A stretch of 64,000 bases of DNA from Dehalococcoidia bacterium (GTDB lineage: Bacteria > Chloroflexota > Dehalococcoidia > Lucifugimonadales > CBDCYU01). Below, one piece after another: positions 57,470 to 64,000 of the stretch. Every line of letters begins with the position of its first letter. Within the stretch, counting starts at the first letter, position 1. The notes beneath the pieces are model-generated. The model made no database searches. It was given only the letters and a program-made list of their open reading frames with translations, and was not told where the DNA came from. The position numbers were made by a program, and so were the translations under genes. The DNA lies in contig CBDCYU010000003.1 in assembly GCA_965224345.1 (NCBI GenBank), forward strand, positions 1,993,748 through 2,057,747, in the 5' to 3' direction.

Positions 57470-59345
57470 CCCAGATTCCCCACCTAGATAAGAGAAAGAC
57501 CTCGTTGGCGCCCGCCACGAAGGGGGCTAAGATGTTTCTTGACCAAGAGAAACGATCACCAACGAGGTGCAGCTATTATGAAGCAAGGCTTACTGGCATT
57601 CCAGTACGAGCAGGAGAAGGGCTCGACGGGTATGACGGGGCTGTCCGGCCTGATGACGTACGTGGAGTTGATGGACGCAGCGGGTTTAAGGTCATCGGTA
57701 GAGCGCCACGTGAGACTGCGGGAGAGAGGTCAGGGCTGGACGGACAGCCAGATGATCATCTCGCTGATGCTGCTGAACTTGGCAGGCGGCGAGTCGGTGT
57801 CCGACCTTGATCTCCTTGAGAAGGACAGAGGGTTGTGCAGGATGCTTCGAGAGTTCGAGACCTGTGGTATGCGTCTCAGCGAGCGCAGGGCGTTGGAGAA
57901 GAGATGGCGAGTCGAGCGTCGTCGGAGCGTGCCGTCGGAGTCTGCGGTGTTCCGGTATCTGGAGAGGTTCCATGACGCGGGCGAGGAGGCGATGCGGGAA
58001 GCTCAGAGAGCATTCATACCTGCTCCCAATGGAGCTATGAAGGGTCTGTGCAAGGTGAACGCCGCCCTGGTGGGCTTCGCGCAGAGCCGTTCGCCTCAGA
58101 CCGAGGCCACTCTGGACATGGATGCCACACTGGTGGAGACGCGCAAGCAGGAGGCGCTCCCAGCTACAAGAAGTACAGGGCGTACCAGCCGCTGACCACC
58201 TACTGGTCAGAGGCCGAGTTGATCGTGCATTCGGAGTTTCGGGACGGCAACGTACCTGCGGGCCATCAGCAGTTGCGAGTGTTGATTGAAGCGCTGGGCC
58301 GTCTGCCTGCGGGGGTGGAGAAGGTGATGCTGAGGTCGGATACGGCGGGGTACCAGCGGGAGTTGCTGCGGTACTGCGCGGAGGGTAGAGACGAGCGGTT
58401 CGGGGTGATTGAGTTCGCGGTTGGGGTCGACGTGACGACGGAGTTCCGCCGTGCGGTGTCCGAGGTCGCCGAGCAAGACTGGCAGACGCTGTACCGCAAA
58501 CTTGGGGAGCATCGTGTGGACACGGGTCAGCAGTGGGCTGATGTGAACTTCGTGCCCAACTGGATAGGGCACTCCAAGAACAGCCCTGAGTATCGGTTCA
58601 TAGCTGCCAGGGAGCGGTTGATCGAACAGCCTCTGCCGGGGATGGAGGGGCAGATGGAGCTTCCGTTCCCCGCGATGGAGCTGTCCAACAGAGGCTGGTA
58701 CAAGGTCTTCGGCGTGGTGACCAACCGGAGCATTGCGGCAGATGAGTTGATCTGGTGGTCGAGACAGAGGTGCGGCAAGGGCGAGGAGGTCCACAGCGTT
58801 GTGAAGAGTGACTTGGCTGGGGGCCGGATGCCGTCGGGGCTGTTCGGGGCCAACGCCGCATGGTGGGCCATATCGGTGCTGGCCTTCAACCTGAACTCTG
58901 CCATGAAGCGGCACGTGTTGGGCGAACAGTGGGTGGGCAAGCGTCTGAAGGCGGTGCGCTTCGCCCTGATCGCCCTACCGGGCCGTGTGATGCGTCACGC
59001 CAAGAGGTTGATCATCCGTCTGGCCCGGGGCCATCCCTCATACGAGTTGCTGCTCAGGGCGCGGCAGAGGATATTGGCGCTGGCTGCCGAGCCGTATCGA
59101 GCATAGGCGACCCTCCCTGGAGCATCGGTTTGTAGGCGGCTCTGCCGAGTTGCCAGGCTCGGCCATGCCTTCTTTGGCCTGAGAACAGCCATAATTGGCA
59201 GCGAACCGCTGCCGATACCCTCAAAGACGGCACCCGAAACCCTGTCCGATGCCCGATCATGTCATGCGTCACCCTTGGTCGACACCCGGACACCCCCTGA
59301 AAGCACACCAAGCAGCTCCCAACCATGTCAGGTGGGGAATCAGGG
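57470..59345 (+). mobile_element. IS1380-like insertion sequence (tentative family)
   Basis: Terminal IRs CCCAGATTCCCCACCT (57470-57485) and its near-complement AGGTGGGGAATCAGGG (59330-59345), one mismatch. No target duplication seen. Confidence 0.6.
57578..59106 (+). pseudogene. DDE transposase (IS1380-like) with a frameshift near 58150-58165
   Basis: LDMDATLVETRKQEA (frame A) continues as SYKKYRAYQPL...LRSDTAGYQRELL...RCGKGEEVHSVVKSDL (frame B). The D, D, E regions are present. Confidence 0.65.
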
Positions 59346-59460
59346 TCGTACATCTCCTATTGCCTTAGCCGCTTCAGTAGGATAAGTTATCGTAACTCGG
59401 ATGGAGACAGCGCCAAGCCTTGAGTGAAGCGCCCGTACCCGGCGCAGCCAGGAGGAGACT

Positions 59461-61800
59461 ATGACTACGGCAGTGTTCGGATCCAGCATCAAGCGACGGG
59501 AGGACCCGCGCCTCATCACGGGGCAGGGCAACTACGTCGACGACATCAAGCTGATCGGCATGCTACACATGGTGATCGTGCGGAGCCCCCACGCCCACGC
59601 AAATATCAGGGGGATCGACGCCTCAGCGGCGCAAGCGGTGGACGGCGTGGTCGCGGTGTTCACTGGCGAGGAGCTCCAGGAGCAGCTGGGATCGCTTCCC
59701 GTGGGCTGGGTCGTGCCCGATACGAAGGAGGTGCCCCACCCGCCCCTGGCCGTCGGAAGAGTCAGGTACGTGGGGGACGCCGTCGCGGCCGTTGTGGCCA
59801 CAGATCCGGCCACCGCCGACGATGCGGCCGCCCTCGTCGACGTCGACTACGAGCCCCTGCCAGCCGTCGTGTCCATGCAGGACGCCGTCAGGGACGGCGC
59901 CCCGCAGCTCCACGACGACGCTCCCGGCAACATCGCCTTCGAGTGGGAGGTTGGAGGCGGCGACTGCGACCAGGCGGCGTCGGAGGCCGACGTCGTCGTC
60001 AAGCAGCAGCTGGTGAACCAGCGGCTCATCCCCAACGCCATGGAGACCCGGGGAGTGGTATCCGACTACAACACAGGCACCAACCATCTGACCGTGTGGA
60101 CATCCACGCAGATACCCCACCTGGTGCGCCTGCTGATGGCCCTGGTCACCGGCCATCCTGAGCACCAGCTCCGGGTGATCGCCCCCGACGTAGGAGGCGC
60201 GTTCGGCAGCAAGCTCTACCTATACGCGGAAGAGGTCATCACCGCCATGGTCGCCAAGCGGCTGGCGCGTCCGGTTAAGTGGATCGAGCAGCGCACGGAG
60301 GGCTACCTGGCCACGACCCACGGGCGGGACCACGTCAGCGACGTGGAGATCATGGGGAACAGGGACGGTACGATCACCGGGCTCAGGGCCACGACCTACT
60401 CGAACATGGGCGGGTACCTCTCGACCTTCGCGCCTCTGATCCCAACATACCTCTACGGCCTGATGTTCGTCGGCTGCTACGACTTCCCCAACGTCTCCTG
60501 CAAAGTCATAGCGCCCTTCACCAACACGACGCCGGTGGACGCCTACCGCGGCGCCGGACGCCCCGAGGCGACCTACCTCATCGAGCGCATGGTGGACATG
60601 TTCTCCGCCGAGATCGGCATGGACCCCGCAGAGGTGCGCCGCAAGAACTTCATCCCGCCCTTCGACGACGGCTACGAGATACCCACCGGCGTCGCATACG
60701 ACAGCGGGAACTACGAGGGAGCCCTGGACAGGGCCCTGGAGGTAGCGGGCTACTCCCAGCTCCGACAGGAGCAGGAGAGGGCCAGGGCCGAGGGCCGATA
60801 CCTGGGCATCGGGCTGGCCAGCTACGTGGAGATATGCGGAGGAGCCCCCTCCGCCATTGCCACGACCCTGGGCGCCAGGGCGGGCCTGTGGGAGAGCTCC
60901 CTCGTGCGGGTCCATCCCACGGGCAAGGTCACGGTCTTCACGGGCTCCTCCGCCCACGGCCAGGGGCATGAGACGACCTTCAGCCAGCTGGCGGCCTCGG
61001 AGCTGGGGGTGCCGGTGGAGGACGTGGAGGTCGTCCACGGAGATACGCAGCAGGTCCAGTTCGGGCCCGGCACCTTCGGCAGCAGGAGCGCCGCCGTCGG
61101 CGGCGGCGCCATCTTCCTGAGCGTCTCCAAGATCAAGGACAAGGCCAAGAAGCTGGCCGCCCACCTCCTGGAGGCCGCCGAAGAGGACATCGTGTACGAG
61201 GACGGAAAGCTCTTCGTACAGGGCGCCCCGGCGGAGGCCAAGAGCATCCAGGACATAGCCCTCGCCGCCCACGTCTACAGCGAGGCGCTGCCCGAGGGCA
61301 TGGAGCCCGGCCTGGAGGCCACCAGCTACTTCGATCCCTCGAACTTCACGTGGCCCTTCGGCACCCACATAGCGGTCGTCGAGATCGAGCCCGATACCGG
61401 CGAGGTGGAGCTCGTCAGGTACGTTGGCGTGGACGACGTCGGCAACGTGATCAACCCGATGATCGTCGACGGCATGGTCCACGGAGGCATCGCACAGGGC
61501 GTCGGCCAGGCGCTGCAGGAGGAGGCCATCTACGACGACAGCGGCCAGCTGCTGACCGGCAGCATGATGGACTACGCGGTGCCCACGGCCGAGGGGTTCC
61601 CCATGTACGAGACAGACCGGACGGTGACCCCCACGCAGGTCAATCCGATGGGTGTCAAGGGCGCGGGGGAGACGGCCACCATCGCGGCCTCGCCCGCGGT
61701 CATCAACGCCGTGGTCGACGCGCTGTCGACCCTGGGCGTGCGCCACCTGGACATGCCGGCGAAGTCCGAGAAGGTGTGGCGCCTGATACACGGGTCATAG
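59461..61800 (+). CDS. CoxL-like (form II type) molybdopterin large subunit of the XDH/CODH family
   Basis: SIKRREDPRLITGQGNYVDDI N-terminus. Active-site loop reads VDAYRGAGRPEA (the AYRGAGR variant, not the form I motif as I recall it). 779 aa. Confidence 0.85.
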   Translation: MTTAVFGSSIKRREDPRLITGQGNYVDDIKLIGMLHMVIVRSPHAHANIRGIDASAAQAVDGVVAVFTGEELQEQLGSLPVGWVVPDTKEVPHPPLAVGRVRYVGDAVAAVVATDPATADDAAALVDVDYEPLPAVVSMQDAVRDGAPQLHDDAPGNIAFEWEVGGGDCDQAASEADVVVKQQLVNQRLIPNAMETRGVVSDYNTGTNHLTVWTSTQIPHLVRLLMALVTGHPEHQLRVIAPDVGGAFGSKLYLYAEEVITAMVAKRLARPVKWIEQRTEGYLATTHGRDHVSDVEIMGNRDGTITGLRATTYSNMGGYLSTFAPLIPTYLYGLMFVGCYDFPNVSCKVIAPFTNTTPVDAYRGAGRPEATYLIERMVDMFSAEIGMDPAEVRRKNFIPPFDDGYEIPTGVAYDSGNYEGALDRALEVAGYSQLRQEQERARAEGRYLGIGLASYVEICGGAPSAIATTLGARAGLWESSLVRVHPTGKVTVFTGSSAHGQGHETTFSQLAASELGVPVEDVEVVHGDTQQVQFGPGTFGSRSAAVGGGAIFLSVSKIKDKAKKLAAHLLEAAEEDIVYEDGKLFVQGAPAEAKSIQDIALAAHVYSEALPEGMEPGLEATSYFDPSNFTWPFGTHIAVVEIEPDTGEVELVRYVGVDDVGNVINPMIVDGMVHGGIAQGVGQALQEEAIYDDSGQLLTGSMMDYAVPTAEGFPMYETDRTVTPTQVNPMGVKGAGETATIAASPAVINAVVDALSTLGVRHLDMPAKSEKVWRLIHGS

Positions 61801-61806
61801 GTCGTC

Positions 61807-61830
61807 CCCTCTCCCAGGTCCGGGAGAGGG
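61807..61830 (+). terminator. Hairpin directly after the coxL-like stop
   Basis: CCCTCTCCC aggtcc GGGAGAGGG, perfect 9-bp stem. Confidence 0.4.
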
Positions 61831-61857
61831 TTGGAAGACTCCGTAAGCTCGACATGG

Positions 61858-61879
61858 CCGCCCCGACCCGTCGGGGCGG
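61858..61879 (+). terminator. Second hairpin after the coxL-like gene
   Basis: CCGCCCCGA cccg TCGGGGCGG followed by TCTTTA. Confidence 0.4.
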
Positions 61880-61897
61880 TCTTTACGAAGGGACGCC

Positions 61898-62785
61898 GTG
61901 CAGGCAGAGGAAGCGGACCCGATCAGGGAGATCCTCGACGGGTTGGCGTCAGAGAGCTACGTCGCTGACGCGTCGATAGCCACGTCCATCTACATGGCCC
62001 AAGCCCTTGAGCGCCCCCTGCTCATCGAGGGCCGCGCCGGTGTCGGCAAGACCGAGGTCGCCAACGTAATGGCCCGGCTCCTGGACACGAAGCTCATCCG
62101 TCTCCAGTGCTACGAGGGGCTGGACGTTACGACGGCCCTCTACGAGTGGAACTACCCCAAACAGCTCCTGTGGATCAAGCTGGACGAGCGGAGCAGGCGC
62201 ACAGCCGAGGAGAAGGAGGCGCAGATATTCGACAAGGAGTTCCTCCTGGAGCGCCCGCTGCTGGCTGCCCTCACGCAGAGGGATAAGGCCCCGGTGCTGC
62301 TGATAGACGAGATCGACCGGGCCGACGACGAGTTCGAGGCGTTCCTGCTGGAGGTGCTGTCCGAGTTCCAGGTGACCATCCCCGAGCTCGGCACCATCCG
62401 CGCGGCGCACCGCCCGTTCGTGGTGCTCACCTCCAACCGGTCGCGAGACCTGTCCGACGCCCTCAGACGGCGATGCCTCTACCTATGGATCGACTACCCC
62501 GATCTCGACAAGGAGCTCCGCATCGTCCGGGCGAAGGTGCCGGGCATCGAGGAGAACCTCGCCCGGCAGGCCTGCCGCTTCGTGGAGAGGGCCAGGGAGC
62601 TCGACCTGGGCAAGTCGCCGGGCGTGTCCGAGACCCTCGACTGGACCAAGGCTATGGTCATACTTAGCCTGGACCGCCTGGACCGGCACAACGTGGAGAG
62701 GACGCTGGGAGCCCTGATAAAGGACGCTGACGACCTGGACCGGTTTCGAGAGAGCGCCATCGACGAGATCATCAGCAGGATATGA
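61898..62785 (+). CDS. MoxR-class AAA+ ATPase (CoxD-like)
   Basis: GTG start. LIEGRAGVGKTE Walker A, VLLIDEIDRAD Walker B, VVLTSNR sensor. Confidence 0.82.
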   Translation: MQAEEADPIREILDGLASESYVADASIATSIYMAQALERPLLIEGRAGVGKTEVANVMARLLDTKLIRLQCYEGLDVTTALYEWNYPKQLLWIKLDERSRRTAEEKEAQIFDKEFLLERPLLAALTQRDKAPVLLIDEIDRADDEFEAFLLEVLSEFQVTIPELGTIRAAHRPFVVLTSNRSRDLSDALRRRCLYLWIDYPDLDKELRIVRAKVPGIEENLARQACRFVERARELDLGKSPGVSETLDWTKAMVILSLDRLDRHNVERTLGALIKDADDLDRFRESAIDEIISRI

Positions 62786-62793
62786 GGTAGACC

Positions 62794-64000
62794 ATGGCCA
62801 GACTTGCGGGCAAACGGGCGGTGATGGAGATGCTGAGGGCCGAGGGTGTCGAGTACATCTTCGGGAACCCCGGCACCAGCGAGGGGCCTCTTATCGACGC
62901 CCTCGAGGATTTCCCCGAGATGACATACGTCCTCGCCGTCCAAGAGGGAGCGGCCATGGGCATGGCCGACGGCTACGCGCGCTCCACGGGCAAGCCCTCT
63001 TTCGTCAACCTGCACATCCAAACAGGGCTGGCCAACGGCCTCAGCCTGCTCCACAACGCCAGCGAGAGCGGGACCCCCATGGTCCTGACCTCCTGCAACA
63101 ACGACGTGCGCAAGCTGGCCGAGGGGCGTACGGACCTCGTCGAGATGACGAGGCAGTTCACCAAGTGGAGCGCCGAGGTCACTCACCCGGAGCAGGTGCC
63201 CGCGGTCCTTCGCCGCGCCTTCAACGAGGCCAAGACCCCGCCCACGGGCCCGGTATACGTCGCCTTCTCCGCCAATGCCCTGGACGACGAGGCGGAGGTT
63301 GAGATCGTTCCTTCGTCCCAGGGCTACTTTCGCACGGCCCCCGACGCCGTCGCCATAGACAAGGCCAGCCGGATGCTGGAGGAGGCCGAGAGGCCGGTGA
63401 TGCTGGTCGGCGAGAGGCTGGCCCATTCCCGGGGGACGGCCGAGGCGGTGAGGGTCGCGGAGATCGTCGGCGCCAGGGTCTACGCGCCCTTCTACTCGGA
63501 AATGAACTTCCCCAGCGGCCACCCGCAGTTCCTGGGGCCGGCCAGCGGCCTGCTGCCGGCCGGCAGGGCACTGCTATCGTCGTCGGACGTCGTCCTCTGC
63601 GTGGGCGCCAACGTCTCGTCGGGATACTTCTACACCTCGGGCCGGGCTCTGGACCGCGACACTGGACTCATCCACGTCGACTCCGACCCGCGAGAGGTGG
63701 GGAGGAGCGAGCCTACCGACCTGGGCATCATCGCCGACCCCAAGACTGCCCTGGCGCACCTGGCGGACAGCCTGGAGTCCAACATGACGGGCTCCGCCCG
63801 GGAGGCGGCCAAGGGGCGCGCCGCCGCCGCCGCCGAGGAGAAGCAGGCCCAGAAGCAGGCGTGGGCAAAACGGCTGCGGCAGCGGTGGAGCCTCTCTCCC
63901 ATGTCGACCGAGCGCATGATGACCGAGGTCGCCGGGGTACTGCCCGGAGACGCCATTATCGCGGACGACTCCGTCACCACGCGGGCCTCCGTCCAGGGAG
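62794..64000 (+). CDS. Thiamine-diphosphate enzyme (acetolactate synthase/benzoylformate decarboxylase family), 3' end outside window
   Basis: My own translation from ATG 62794: MARLAGKRAVMEMLRAEGVEYIFGNPGTSEGPLIDAL...VQEGAAMGMADGYARSTGKPSFVNLH. Open to the end of the window. Not in the ORF track because no stop is reached. Confidence 0.8.
   Translation, partial: MARLAGKRAVMEMLRAEGVEYIFGNPGTSEGPLIDALEDFPEMTYVLAVQEGAAMGMADGYARSTGKPSFVNLHIQTGLANGLSLLHNASESGTPMVLTSCNNDVRKLAEGRTDLVEMTRQFTKWSAEVTHPEQVPAVLRRAFNEAKTPPTGPVYVAFSANALDDEAEVEIVPSSQGYFRTAPDAVAIDKASRMLEEAERPVMLVGERLAHSRGTAEAVRVAEIVGARVYAPFYSEMNFPSGHPQFLGPASGLLPAGRALLSSSDVVLCVGANVSSGYFYTSGRALDRDTGLIHVDSDPREVGRSEPTDLGIIADPKTALAHLADSLESNMTGSAREAAKGRAAAAAEEKQAQKQAWAKRLRQRWSLSPMSTERMMTEVAGVLPGDAIIADDSVTTRASVQG

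Noticed and set aside
57440-59350. Target-site duplication for the IS1380-like element
   Set aside because: The flanks next to the inverted repeats (…GGGAGC and TCGTAC…) do not match at 2-9 bp, so no duplication is claimed. The element ends are therefore only approximate.

Overview
High-GC (about two-thirds G+C by eye) bacterial chromosomal window. It holds roughly 45 protein genes, four insertion-sequence elements of three types (one nested inside another), several decayed genes and one riboswitch. I found no rRNA, tRNA or CRISPR by eye. Housekeeping anchors are gyrB, a divergent groEL paralogue, tgt, aroE, a fused aroK-aroB and a family-4 uracil-DNA glycosylase. The rest is accessory metabolism with heavy paralogy: three LLM flavin monooxygenase genes (two of them broken), two D-galactonate-dehydratase-like enolase-superfamily genes, two sulfatases, two orphan XDH/CoxL-type molybdopterin large subunits and two DUF1501 genes plus one DUF1800 gene. 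This content resembles marine Chloroflexota such as SAR202, but that is inference only. A cobalamin riboswitch with its own terminator precedes a btuFCD-like ABC importer. Mobile DNA: (1) an 847-bp IS5-family (IS427/IS1031-like) element with a -1 frameshift site, present in two near-identical inverted copies about 24 kb apart; (2) a roughly 1.2-kb IS5-like element that split an LLM gene and was itself split by copy 1; (3) an IS1380-like element with a frameshifted transposase. The most interesting candidates are: a single-gene ABC-ATPase fused to a Toprim/DUF4435-like module in a lower-GC pocket (OLD/PARIS-like defence candidate); a Zn-ribbon ThrC-like PLP enzyme with a NIL-domain protein and a GG-terminated ThiS/MoaD sulfur carrier; a DUF1800-NHL-retropepsin-DUF1501 cluster with no signal peptides; a roughly 1040-aa LRR-RCC1 lipoprotein gene carrying a frameshift and a palindrome-bearing insertion that cuts off its last blade; an SPFH-ankyrin fusion; and a perfect 69-bp tandem duplication that doubles a promoter. 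Many long ORFs in the six-frame track are antisense artefacts of high GC and are not reported as genes.
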